Origin: Pirellula sp.
GTDB lineage: Bacteria > Planctomycetota > Planctomycetia > Pirellulales > Pirellulaceae
Direction: 5' to 3'
Assembly: GCA_037440405.1 (NCBI GenBank)
Contig: JBBIUE010000005.1
Coordinates: 28,660-92,659 of the forward strand
DNA: 64,000 bases
Positions within the stretch are counted from its first letter, which is position 1. Every line of letters begins with the position of its first letter. The position numbers and the translations under genes were made by a program. Below the pieces are notes generated by a model, which worked only from the letters and a program-made list of their open reading frames with translations, was not told the DNA's origin and ran no database searches. This document shows positions 17,118 to 27,048 of the stretch, piece after piece.

Positions 17118-20100
17118 ATGCAATCTCACCCATCCTATTTAGAATTTGTTCGTGCGAATTCGTTTTCACCTTCCAAGCCATGGAACTCCATTACAGTTGC
17201 GACGACATTCTCATTCGGTGGTCGACTGATTGGATGCATCGCTTGCTCGATTTGGGCCGCATTCTCTCTGAATGCCGCATTGGCGATCGAAGACCAGAAA
17301 TCGCTGCACTCGTTCGAAGTCATCAAGTTGACCGATGTTTACTTCGCCGAAGGAGCGAACGCGGGAGACCTGGACGGCGATGGGATCCCCGACGTCGTCT
17401 ACGGTCCCTATTGGTGGAAAGGTCCCGACTACCAGGAACGCCATGAAATCTATCCGCCCGTGCCACAGAATATGGAAGGCTATGCCGACCACTTTTTCAA
17501 TTGGATTCACGATTTTGATGGCGATGGGTGGAGTGACATTTTCGTGGTCGGTTTTCCAGGAACGCCGGGATACGTCTATCAGAATCCTGGCCCCAACGGT
17601 TGGACGAGTCATTGGAAGAAGCATCGGGTGTTCGACGCTGTATCCAATGAAGCGCCCGTTTTGAAGAACATCGTGGGGGACGACCGTCCCGAGTTGATCT
17701 GCGCATTCGACGGCTATTTTGGGTTCGCGACGATCGACTGGGACAACCCTTTTGCCAAGTGGCAGTTCCATCCGATTTCGGAAAAAATTGCTCCGGTTCC
17801 TTTTGGGCACGGTCTTGGTGTTGGCGATGTCAACGGAGACGGTCTTCACGACTTGCTTTGGTCAGATGGATGGTTCGAGCAGCCGAAGGACAATGCTCTT
17901 TCATCACGATGGCAGCTTCACAGTCACCGCTTCACGACAGCCTACGGTGGAGCCGAAATGTACGCTTACGATGTCAATGGTGACGGACGGAATGACATCA
18001 TCACGAGCCAAGCCGCGCACGATTTTGGATTGGCTTGGTATGAACAAGTCCGTGACGGGGACGATATTCAGTTTCGCGAACAATTAATCATGGGAGACCG
18101 CCCAGAGAAGAGCAAATATGGTCTCGTTTTTAGTGAATTGCATTCCGTTGCGTTAGCCGACGTGAACGGCGATGGATTGCTGGACATCCTGACCGGCAAA
18201 ACGTATTACTCGCACCATCGCTCCAGTCCGATGTGGGACGCAGGGGCTGTCGTTTATTGGTTCCAACTCGATCGCAGTGGCGGCGAAATTGACTGGATTC
18301 CTTTCCAAGCTGCGGCAGACACAGGGATTGGTCGCCAGATATCCATGGTGGATGTAAACAATGACGGTCTATTGGACATCGTTGTTGGAGGCATGAAGGG
18401 CGCCCATGTTCTGGTTCATCGCGTCACAGAGGTTGATGAGGCCGTGTGGCAAGCAGCCCAACCCAAGAAGTTTGAGGCATCAACCAAAAGCGCTTTGCAA
18501 ACCGAAAGTCTTCGTCTTACGAATCGCGGGAGAGTAGCCGGGGCAGTCGAAGGAGAGAGCTTTCGAATTCATTCGCTTACCGGAGGAGACGCCGGTCCAC
18601 AGGATATGAGCGGCTTTTCTCGCGGGCGATGGAGCAATCAATCGCAATTATGGTGGACGGGTGGAAAGCCGGGAGATCGACTCGATCTCCAGTTTCAAGT
18701 GCCTGACGAAGGGAAGTACACGATCGCTGCCGGCTTCACGAAAGCTCGCGACTATGGCATGGCTCAGGTACTGATCGACGGTGAGCCTCTCACAGAACCC
18801 ATCGATTTCTTCAATTACCCTGACGTCATCCACACCGGTTTGATTCGCCTTGGCGAACGATCGCTCCGAGAAGGCAACCACACCTTTTCTTTGAAGATCA
18901 CCGGAGCCAACCCTGCCGCTCTCCCTGCTTATATGGTGGGGCTCGATTTTATCCTCGTTAGGGATGAGCAAGGTAACGCCGTTCGGATGACGCGATCCCG
19001 TGATGAACAGTTATCGATTCAAGCAGAGACAGGCGTCGAACCAACTCTTAGTTTCGAGACGGGCGATTTGAGAGGATGGTCCGTCGAGGGAAATGCTTTT
19101 GCAAAACAGCCTGTTCGCGGAGATACCGTCTTTGCTCGCCGCAAAGACATGAAGAGCAATCACGCTGGCGACTTCTGGATTGGTAGTTACGAAATCGATG
19201 GCGATGCCGTTACAGGGGTTATGACATCGAATCCCTTTAAGGTAACGTCTCCTTGGGGGACGTTTCTGGTGGGCGGTGGAAGTTCGCCAGAGACTCGCGT
19301 TGAAATCGTCGAGGCCGAAACGAACAAGGTTCTACTGAAAGCGAATGGCAGAAACGTCGAGAACATGGAACGAGCAGTCGTCGATCTGCGTTCTCACGTC
19401 GGAAAGTCGATTTACATTCGGATTGTCGATCAGAGCACTGGGGGGTGGGGCCACATCAACTTTGATGATTTCCGATTTCATGATGATCAACCGGGCGAAC
19501 CCACCAAGTCATTTGTCGAACTTGTTCCTGATGAGTATCCGTTCGCGGGACTGGCGGCCGAGGATGCTGCAAAGGCGATGGTGCTCCCTGATGGTTTTCA
19601 AGCGATTGTCGGAGCGAGTGAGCCACACGTTTTGCAGCCGATCGCCATGGCGATCGATGATCGAGGTCGCGTTTGGATCGCAGAGGCCTACGAGTATCCC
19701 GTTCGTGCGGCCGACGGCAAGGGTCGCGATCGTATCCTGATTTTTGAAGACACCAATGGCGACGGTCGCCTCGATAAGAGAACTGTGTTCACGGAAAACT
19801 TGAACTTGGTCAGTGGCTTGGAGCTCGGTTTCGGGGGTGTGTGGATTGGAGCGGCTCCATATCTCCTTTTTATTCCGGATCGAAATCGTGATGATGTGCC
19901 TGATGGACCACCGGAAGTCTTGCTGGATGGCTGGGGATATCAGGACACCCATGAGACACTGAATGCATTCATCTGGGGGCCGGATGGCTGGTTATACGGG
20001 TGCCACGGCGTATTCACGCACTCAAGGGTCGGCAAGCCTGGAACACCGAACGAGAAGCGGCAACCCATCAACGCCGGCATCTGGAGATATCATCCCACCC

Positions 20101-22967
20101 GCCATGAATTCGAAGTCTTTGCTCATGGAACGAGCAATCCCTGGGGTGTTGACTTCAATGACCATGGGCAGGCATTTTGCACTGCCTGCGTCATCCCTCA
20201 CCTGTTCCACATCATTCAGGGTGGGCGCTACAACCGGCAGGCAGGTAATCATTTCAACCCGTACACCTATGATGACATTAAGACCATCGCCGACCATTTG
20301 CATTACTTGGGAGCGAATCCCCATGGTGGCAATAACAAATCCGATCAAGCAGGTGGAGGGCACGCTCACGCCGGCGCCATGATTTACCTGGGAGGAACCT
20401 GGCCCGAGCAATACCGCAATCAGATATTCATGAACAACATCCACGGCCAGCGTCTCAATGTTGACCTGCTCGAGGCAAATGGTTCCGGTTATGTCGGGAA
20501 GCACGGTCCTGATTTCCTTTTGACTCGAGATGCAGCCTCACAGATTTTGAACTTGCGCTATGGCCCCGACGGTCAAGCCTGGATGATCGACTGGTATGAC
20601 ATGCAAGCCTGCCACTTGAATGATCCGGCAAAGCACGACCGCAGCAATGGCCGTATCTATAAGATCGTTTTTGGCCAACCCAAAAAGGTCGAAGTAGATC
20701 TGGCTACTTGGGATGACCTTCGCCTGGCGCGATGTGTTGAAGAGACGAATGATTGGTACGTTCGGCACGCGCGAAAACTCCTTCAGGAGCGGGCCGCCAG
20801 TCGACCGATTGCGTCTGCGGCGATTGAGTACCTTCGAAAGGTCGCCACAACCCACGCCGATGACACTAGGCGTTTGCGTGCGATCTGGGCGCTTCACGTC
20901 GCAAATGCGCTTCCTTCCGATTTCTTGGCGGAGCTCTTCAAGGATACAAGTCCGTATGTACGCGGTTGGGCGATCCAACTGGGTTGCGAGCAGGAGCAAT
21001 CGCTCACGCCAAGGCTATTGTCCATGTTAGAGGCGCAAGCGATTGGCGATGATTCGCCGATCGTCCGACTTTACCTGGCATCGGCTGCTCAACGTCTTCC
21101 GTCTGCCAAACGATGGACGATTCTCGAAGGTTTGATTCAACATTCGCAGGATAAACAGGACCACAATCTACCGCTTATGTACTGGTATGCGGCGGAACCA
21201 CTCGTCGACGTGGACCTTGGCAGGGCTCTTAAGTTCGCTTTGCAGTGTTCTGAGCATCAGCCAATGGTGCGCGACTTCCTGATGCGACGCATCGCCAACT
21301 CAGAAGGGGAAGGAGCCATTGAGTCGTTGGTAGCCGCCTTGGGATCAACTACGGAGCCCCAGACGTTGATCGCGTTCCTCGAAGCGATTCGCTCCGCACT
21401 GCGTGGCCAGCGTCAGGTGGCCCAGCCGAAGAGTTGGCCTGCTGCCTTTGCGGCATTGCAGCGAAGCGATACTCATGTCCGATTGCAAGCAGCGTCGCTG
21501 GGGGCCGTATTTGGTGACCCAAAAGCGAAATCACAATTGGAGGACTTTGCTCGGGACACGAGTTTGCCGCCGTCGGCTCGCCAGGAGGCAGCGACTACGC
21601 TGCTTACAATCCGCGACGCCGAATTGGCGTCAAAGCTGGAAACCTGGTTGGATGATTCGGTTCTGCGAGTCGTTGCGCTTCGCGGCATGGCAGACATCGA
21701 GCTGCCAAATCTCGCCGTCGCTGCGGTCGAGCGGTATGCGCAGTTGGAATCTGCCGAGCGCCGCCAATTGATTGCTACATTGAGTTCTCGTAAGAACTAC
21801 GCTCGGACGTTATTGGAAGCGATCGAGAGTAAGCATGTCGCCGCGACGGACCTTCCAGCTGATTTGGTTCGTCAAATGCTCGCCTTCGGAGACGCAGAGA
21901 TTGAAAAGATGCTTTCTTCTGCCTGGGGTATGGTGCGGGAAACGGAAGCGGATAAACGTCAATTGATCGACGAGTATTCCCAACTCGTTCAGAACGACGA
22001 CCTTCCCGCTCCTGACTTGACTCTGGGTCGGGCTATCTTCGTTAAGACTTGCCAGCAGTGCCACGTGCTCTACGGCGTTGGAGGCCAAATCGGACCCGAC
22101 CTGACCGGCTCGAATCGATCCAATCTCGAATACTTGCTCAGCAATATCGTCGATCCCAGTGCTGTCATGGCGAAGGAGTATCAACCTACGATCTTTCTTA
22201 CGGACGGCGGGCGGACCATCGTTGGACTCATCCGCGAGGAGAATGCAAAGTCGATTACGATCCAAACCTCCACGGAATTGATCGATCTTCCGGTGGATGA
22301 GGTAGTGGATCGAAAACTGAGCGAGAAATCGATGATGCCCGATGATCAATTGCGTCCGTTTTCGAAACATGAACTGCGATCTCTCTTCGCTTACCTGGCG
22401 GATAAACAACAGCACCCGCTTTTGTTGACGCGCGATACCGCGCCGCTCATGTTCAACAGAACGGACCTGACAGGTTGGCAGGGGAACTCGGAACTATGGT
22501 CGGTCGAAGATGGTCAGATTGTTGGTCGAACCAAAGGTCTGTCGGTCAATGAATTTCTCGTCAGCGATGTTTACGCCACTGATTTCCGGCTGGTCTTAGA
22601 AGTCAAGCTGACGCCAAACTCAGAGAATTCTGGAATCCAGTTTCGAAGCGAGCTGCTCGACCACGGTGACGTGAAGGGGTACCAAGCCGACATCGGCCAA
22701 GGTTGGTGGGGCAAGCTGTATGAAGAGCACGGTCGCGGTCTGCTTTGGGAGAAATCCGGTGAGGAGTTCGTCAAGCATAACGACTGGAACCGATACGAGA
22801 TTGTCGCGAAAGGACATCATATTGAAACGTTTATCAACGGTCAGAAGTGTGTCGATATCGTCGATGATCATGGAGCGACCGGAGGCCGATTCGCGATCCA
22901 GTTGCATGCCGGCGGACCCATGGAGATTCGCGTGAAGAATATCTCGATCGAACCCTATTCCGAATGA
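17118..22967 (+). CDS. Giant multidomain protein: FG-GAP propeller + CBM-like + LamG-like + PQQ-type 'membrane-bound dehydrogenase' propeller + HEAT repeats + cytochrome c (CxxCH) + DUF1080
   Basis: The start is set at ATG 17118 (MQSHP...) because the ORF-track start at 16962 overlaps the previous gene. Six FG-GAP-like DxDGDG repeats: GDLDGDGIPDVV, FDGDGWSDIF, GDVNGDGLHDLL, YDVNGDGRNDII, ADVNGDGLLDIL, VDVNNDGLLDIV. The dehydrogenase block is MVLPDGFQAIVGASEPHVLQPIAMAIDDRGRVWIAEAYEYP...ILIFEDTNGDGRLDKRTVF...GTSNPWGVDFNDHGQAF. Heme site is CQQCH at nt 22050-22064. The C-terminal LTGWQG..WSVEDGQIVG...NSGIQFRS...FAIQLH fits DUF1080. Confidence 0.9.
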   Translation: MQSHPSYLEFVRANSFSPSKPWNSITVATTFSFGGRLIGCIACSIWAAFSLNAALAIEDQKSLHSFEVIKLTDVYFAEGANAGDLDGDGIPDVVYGPYWWKGPDYQERHEIYPPVPQNMEGYADHFFNWIHDFDGDGWSDIFVVGFPGTPGYVYQNPGPNGWTSHWKKHRVFDAVSNEAPVLKNIVGDDRPELICAFDGYFGFATIDWDNPFAKWQFHPISEKIAPVPFGHGLGVGDVNGDGLHDLLWSDGWFEQPKDNALSSRWQLHSHRFTTAYGGAEMYAYDVNGDGRNDIITSQAAHDFGLAWYEQVRDGDDIQFREQLIMGDRPEKSKYGLVFSELHSVALADVNGDGLLDILTGKTYYSHHRSSPMWDAGAVVYWFQLDRSGGEIDWIPFQAAADTGIGRQISMVDVNNDGLLDIVVGGMKGAHVLVHRVTEVDEAVWQAAQPKKFEASTKSALQTESLRLTNRGRVAGAVEGESFRIHSLTGGDAGPQDMSGFSRGRWSNQSQLWWTGGKPGDRLDLQFQVPDEGKYTIAAGFTKARDYGMAQVLIDGEPLTEPIDFFNYPDVIHTGLIRLGERSLREGNHTFSLKITGANPAALPAYMVGLDFILVRDEQGNAVRMTRSRDEQLSIQAETGVEPTLSFETGDLRGWSVEGNAFAKQPVRGDTVFARRKDMKSNHAGDFWIGSYEIDGDAVTGVMTSNPFKVTSPWGTFLVGGGSSPETRVEIVEAETNKVLLKANGRNVENMERAVVDLRSHVGKSIYIRIVDQSTGGWGHINFDDFRFHDDQPGEPTKSFVELVPDEYPFAGLAAEDAAKAMVLPDGFQAIVGASEPHVLQPIAMAIDDRGRVWIAEAYEYPVRAADGKGRDRILIFEDTNGDGRLDKRTVFTENLNLVSGLELGFGGVWIGAAPYLLFIPDRNRDDVPDGPPEVLLDGWGYQDTHETLNAFIWGPDGWLYGCHGVFTHSRVGKPGTPNEKRQPINAGIWRYHPTRHEFEVFAHGTSNPWGVDFNDHGQAFCTACVIPHLFHIIQGGRYNRQAGNHFNPYTYDDIKTIADHLHYLGANPHGGNNKSDQAGGGHAHAGAMIYLGGTWPEQYRNQIFMNNIHGQRLNVDLLEANGSGYVGKHGPDFLLTRDAASQILNLRYGPDGQAWMIDWYDMQACHLNDPAKHDRSNGRIYKIVFGQPKKVEVDLATWDDLRLARCVEETNDWYVRHARKLLQERAASRPIASAAIEYLRKVATTHADDTRRLRAIWALHVANALPSDFLAELFKDTSPYVRGWAIQLGCEQEQSLTPRLLSMLEAQAIGDDSPIVRLYLASAAQRLPSAKRWTILEGLIQHSQDKQDHNLPLMYWYAAEPLVDVDLGRALKFALQCSEHQPMVRDFLMRRIANSEGEGAIESLVAALGSTTEPQTLIAFLEAIRSALRGQRQVAQPKSWPAAFAALQRSDTHVRLQAASLGAVFGDPKAKSQLEDFARDTSLPPSARQEAATTLLTIRDAELASKLETWLDDSVLRVVALRGMADIELPNLAVAAVERYAQLESAERRQLIATLSSRKNYARTLLEAIESKHVAATDLPADLVRQMLAFGDAEIEKMLSSAWGMVRETEADKRQLIDEYSQLVQNDDLPAPDLTLGRAIFVKTCQQCHVLYGVGGQIGPDLTGSNRSNLEYLLSNIVDPSAVMAKEYQPTIFLTDGGRTIVGLIREENAKSITIQTSTELIDLPVDEVVDRKLSEKSMMPDDQLRPFSKHELRSLFAYLADKQQHPLLLTRDTAPLMFNRTDLTGWQGNSELWSVEDGQIVGRTKGLSVNEFLVSDVYATDFRLVLEVKLTPNSENSGIQFRSELLDHGDVKGYQADIGQGWWGKLYEEHGRGLLWEKSGEEFVKHNDWNRYEIVAKGHHIETFINGQKCVDIVDDHGATGGRFAIQLHAGGPMEIRVKNISIEPYSE

Positions 22968-23008
22968 CCGCGATCACTTCGTTGGTTCAGCGAATGAAAT
23001 AGAATTGC

Positions 23009-23983
23009 TCAATCCTCGAAGCGAGTTGCATATCCCTGTGGGCTGAGTTCACGGCCCAGCATCGACTCAAGATCGCGATTGTCATTCGCGAAACGTCGAA
23101 TGACTTCGCACGCGACGGAATCGCTCATGCGAAGGCGATGGGGTGGCGTCATGAAACTGCCAGCGTGATCAACTACTCGAATCAGATCGCAAAGCCAAAT
23201 GTAGCATTGCCTCGGCATAACCATCTTGGGCCAATAGCGTCCGTCGCGTTCCCTAGCGATGCAGCGGTTCACGATTTGAAGGACGCGGCCACCTCTTGAA
23301 GTAAGACCCGTGCGACGAACAATAAAATTCCCATGAAACGAGCGATGTTTCACTTCGAGAAAGTCGCAAATTTGATCCAATCATTTTTGACTGTCTTGTT
23401 GGAAATCGCACAACAGCAACGTCAGAACGCGATTCGCAAATCGTTGTCGAAATTTGTCGATAATCTCCGCGAAGTAAGCTGCGAAATACTCTTGACCATC
23501 GTCTTGCTCTTCGAGCAATCGACGAACGAAATCATCAATGCTCAATGTTCCGCCTCCGAGCAGATACTGTGAGTAGGTTGACGTCAACATGTCCATATGG
23601 TTGCGCACGATCAAGAGGATTTTCGTTTCGGGCACGATCGAGCTAAGCATATCGATAACTTGATCCGTGCTCGATCGAGTCAATGCACGAAGTCCGAGCG
23701 TTGGATGGAACAGAGGCATGATGATGTGTTCATCGCTTTCGACGGCAACCGAATTCCTCAGATCATGATTGAAGTATTTGGCGTATTCCTTGGCTGAAAC
23801 GGAGGGACGTGGGAAAGGAGTAAAGTAGTTGCTCTTGAACACCAAGAAGACTTCGGGGTGTTGTCGAAGAAAACTTTGAAGATAGGTGGAAGCGGCTTTT
23901 GCAAAGCCTACATGGATCATCGCCGGCAGGCGATTTTCAGCAATGGAGATCGACGAATTCGAAGAGTCGAAGACTTGGAGCAT
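23009..23983 (-). pseudogene. Sulfotransferase family gene interrupted by one in-frame TGA (nt 23381-23383 on +)
   Basis: ORFs 23381-23983 and 23009-23380 are in the same frame and directly abut at a TGA. The upstream part has the PAPS 5'-PSB-like GFAKAASTYLQSFLRQHPEV and the 3'-PB-like LLIVRNHMDMLTSTYSQY. The downstream part continues the family C-terminus (..LLCDFQQDSQK*LDQICDFLEV...ANDNRDLESMLGRELSPQGY). Confidence 0.65.
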
Positions 23984-24118
23984 TATCGAGAAGTGGATTC
24001 AAGTTGCACTGCAGTTGTGGCTTGCTCGATGACGGGTCGCATCTCGCGTCAACCCGTCAAACGTCGCCAACACAAATATTATAGGTCATGGATTTCCAAC
24101 CCAATCATCCACGAAGCT

Positions 24119-26092
24119 CTACTTTTGATGAATTCCCAGCCTTTTCGCGATTTCCGCAACGTCATAAACGCAACCTCCCCATGTTCCGCCTCCAACGGCT
24201 TGCAGCAATGCCCAAAGTCTCGTGTCGTCTGGGAGTTGCGAATCGGGTTGCAAATCGGGATGCATGGAACGCTCTGCAAGCACGGATGAACCAACGGCAG
24301 AATCGAAAATTTGATCTCCGGTACCAATGAAGTCGACACTTCCTTCGAGGTTCCTTGGATCAATCACGATGGAGATTCGATCTCCATCCCGCAGTTTCCC
24401 GATCGGACCGCCCGCGAGTCCTTCCGGCCCGACATGGCCGACGCAAGCGCCCGTGCTGACACCAGAAAAACGAGCATCGGTCACCACAGCGACATGCTTG
24501 CCCCATTCAAGGTAGCGAAGCGCACTGGTAACTTGATAGGTTTCCTCCATTCCTGAGCCCATAGGTCCGCGCCCGGCCAAGATCAAAATATCTCCGGGAT
24601 GAACTTTGGATTTTCCCTTTCCTTTGATGGCGGCAATCGCATCTGACTCGCGCACGAAGACCTTCGCTGGCCCAGACTTTCGGTAAACACCGTCGGCATC
24701 CAATACGCTTGGATCGATCGAGGTCGATTTGATGACCGATCCTTCGGGACAAATGTTTCCCCGAGGAAAGCAAATGGTGCTGGTAATTCCCATCGACCGC
24801 GCTTTGTCGGGGCCAAGGATCACTGCATCGGGGTCAATCCCATCAAGCTCGGTAAGCAGCTTGCGCAGTTCCAATCGACGCTTTGAATGCTCCCATGAAT
24901 CTAAAATCTCATTCCAAGTGAGGCCAGTAATAGTCCTGGCCTCGCAACGAGCTATTCCCATCTTCCGCAAGTGGAGCATCACCTCGGGCACTCCGCCGGC
25001 CATGAACAGCCGAATCGTTGGGTGTCCAACCGGCCCATTGGGCAGGACGTCGACGAACCTACCGACCTGCTGGTTGATTGCGATCCAATCGTCGATGATA
25101 GGACGCTTCAAGCCCGCCGAAAAAGCAATCGCAGGAACATGCAAAAGCAGGTTCGTTGAACCACCACATGCTGCATGAACTGCCATCGCATTGTAGATCG
25201 AATCCTCCGTAAGGATATCTCCCAGCACAAGCTTCTCTTGATCCATGTCCCACGAAGCCCGCGCGCTGGCTTTGGCCATTTCCAACCAGATGGGTTGACC
25301 GCTGGGAGCGAGGGCAGCGTGCGGAACCGTCATGCCCATAGCTTCGGCAATGACTTGACTGGTCGCGGCTGTTCCAAGAAACTGGCAACCTCCACCTGCT
25401 GAGCCGCAGGCACGGCATCCCTGGGCAGCCGCTTCTTCGAGCGAGAGTTGTCCCTGTGCAAATCTTGCTCCGATGGTTTGAACCTTTCCTAAGTCCTCGG
25501 CATCTCGAGCTGGTAACGTCACGCCTCCGGGTACGATAACGCAAGGTAGTTCTTTACTTCCCGCCAATGCCATCATCATCGCCGGCAAGCCTTTGTCGCA
25601 GGTGGCAATGCCAAGCACGCCTCGCCGAGTCGGCAGGGAACGAATCAATCGACGAAGGACGATAGCGGCATCATTGCGGTAGGGGAGTGAGTCGAACATG
25701 CCCGACGTTCCCTGCGTACGGCCATCGCAAGGGTCGCTGACCGTCGCTGCGAATGGCAGTCCGCCCAGTTGATCGATCACCGTCGCCGCTTCGCGAACGA
25801 GCAACCCAACCTCCCAGTGCCCAGTATGAAAACCCAAAGCAATGGGTCGACCACTTTCGGCTCGAACGCCACCTTGAGTACTGAGCAGCAAGAACTGCGG
25901 ATCGAGCATCCGCTCTGGTGACCAACCCATTCCAGCGTTTTGTGTCAAACCGAATAGATCGCCGCTGGACCACTGTTCGAGCATCTCATTGGACAGGGGC
26001 AAACTGCCTTTTGGGCCTTCGCCAACCGTCCGGATTTCGAGATTAGGACTGTCGAATGTCAGCCAATCATCTAACTGAAATGCTCTCGTCAC
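24119..26092 (-). CDS. IlvD/Edd-family dehydratase, YjhG/YagF (D-xylonate dehydratase)-like
   Basis: 657-aa ORF; its GTG start overlaps the upstream stop (GTGA). It is colinear with E. coli YjhG as I recall it: [120 protein letters not shown]. Confidence 0.9.
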   Translation of the reverse strand: MTRAFQLDDWLTFDSPNLEIRTVGEGPKGSLPLSNEMLEQWSSGDLFGLTQNAGMGWSPERMLDPQFLLLSTQGGVRAESGRPIALGFHTGHWEVGLLVREAATVIDQLGGLPFAATVSDPCDGRTQGTSGMFDSLPYRNDAAIVLRRLIRSLPTRRGVLGIATCDKGLPAMMMALAGSKELPCVIVPGGVTLPARDAEDLGKVQTIGARFAQGQLSLEEAAAQGCRACGSAGGGCQFLGTAATSQVIAEAMGMTVPHAALAPSGQPIWLEMAKASARASWDMDQEKLVLGDILTEDSIYNAMAVHAACGGSTNLLLHVPAIAFSAGLKRPIIDDWIAINQQVGRFVDVLPNGPVGHPTIRLFMAGGVPEVMLHLRKMGIARCEARTITGLTWNEILDSWEHSKRRLELRKLLTELDGIDPDAVILGPDKARSMGITSTICFPRGNICPEGSVIKSTSIDPSVLDADGVYRKSGPAKVFVRESDAIAAIKGKGKSKVHPGDILILAGRGPMGSGMEETYQVTSALRYLEWGKHVAVVTDARFSGVSTGACVGHVGPEGLAGGPIGKLRDGDRISIVIDPRNLEGSVDFIGTGDQIFDSAVGSSVLAERSMHPDLQPDSQLPDDTRLWALLQAVGGGTWGGCVYDVAEIAKRLGIHQK

Positions 26093-27036
26093 GGATTTCC
26101 TCGTTGTCCAATACCCCAGCCAAAATCGTCGTCTTCGGCGATCAGAATTTCCGTTTCAGCCATAACAAATGCCCTTCCCGTGATCTCAGGCAGAATCTTC
26201 GTCATCGCGGAGTCTGCCCATCGAAAGCTGGCTGAAAATCGACTTCCGATAACGCTTTCTTGAATCCATTTCTCTCCTTCCTTCAGTTTTCTATCGGCGG
26301 CCAAACAGGCCAATTTCGCTGAAGTCCCAGTTCCACAAGGCGAGCGGTCGTAGGCCAATCCCGGACACAGTACGAAATTTCGCGAATGAGCACCTTCTGA
26401 GGCGCCCTCGTCGAATAACTCCACATGGTCGACTTCATGAAAACCTATCTCATTCACTCTGTGTCGAATGCGCGTGCTGAAATCGATCAGCGTCCGGCAT
26501 GAAGTGCTGCTGATCGCGAACGTGGGATGCTTCACCAAGAAGAACCAATTGCCACCCCACGCAATATCGCCCAACACTTTTCCAATTCCCTCGACTTCCA
26601 GTTCGAGATCACAAGTTGATCGATAACTTTCGACATTGTAAACGGTTACCTCACCATTCGGATGTAGCTCCGTTTTGACGATGCCTACAGGAGTGTCGAT
26701 CCAAATGGTCCCCGGCTCAATCCGTTTCAAATGTCTTAGCGTCTCGATTACTCCGATCGTCCCGTGTCCGCACATCCCAAGATAGCCGACATTATTGAAA
26801 AAGATCACTCCATGATCGCATGATTCGTGAAATGGCTCAGTAAGCAACGCACCGACGATGACATCCGAACCGCGAGGTTCGCAACAACTGGCAGTTCGAA
26901 ACGCATCAAATTGAACTCGAAATCGATCACGCTGTTCGGCGAGTGTACCTCCACCGAGTTCAGGCCCTCCGAGAAGGATGACTCGTGTCGGTTCGCCTCC
27001 CGTATGCGAATCGATGACTGTGATACGACGATACAT
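26089..27036 (-). CDS. Proline racemase superfamily enzyme (4-hydroxyproline epimerase / proline racemase type, Cys-Cys)
   Basis: 315-aa ORF. Motifs are [33 protein letters not shown] (first catalytic Cys) and [14 protein letters not shown] (second catalytic Cys). Confidence 0.85.
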   Translation of the reverse strand: MYRRITVIDSHTGGEPTRVILLGGPELGGGTLAEQRDRFRVQFDAFRTASCCEPRGSDVIVGALLTEPFHESCDHGVIFFNNVGYLGMCGHGTIGVIETLRHLKRIEPGTIWIDTPVGIVKTELHPNGEVTVYNVESYRSTCDLELEVEGIGKVLGDIAWGGNWFFLVKHPTFAISSTSCRTLIDFSTRIRHRVNEIGFHEVDHVELFDEGASEGAHSRNFVLCPGLAYDRSPCGTGTSAKLACLAADRKLKEGEKWIQESVIGSRFSASFRWADSAMTKILPEITGRAFVMAETEILIAEDDDFGWGIGQRGNP

Positions 27037-27048
27037 GACTAAGCCGAA

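Noticed and set aside
17211-17849. 212-aa minus-strand ORF inside the giant gene. Similar antisense ORFs occur at 10391-10843, 21810-22415, 33201-33713, 14824-15378 and 46851-47333.
   Set aside because: All lie wholly inside confidently assigned genes on the opposite strand. None has recognisable motifs. They are typical shadow ORFs of GC-rich coding sequence.
23381-23383. In-frame TGA in the sulfotransferase as a selenocysteine codon
   Set aside because: I could see no SECIS-like hairpin in the ~60 nt downstream on the coding strand. The position falls in a variable, non-catalytic segment where no Cys/Sec is expected. A nonsense mutation or a sequencing error is more likely.
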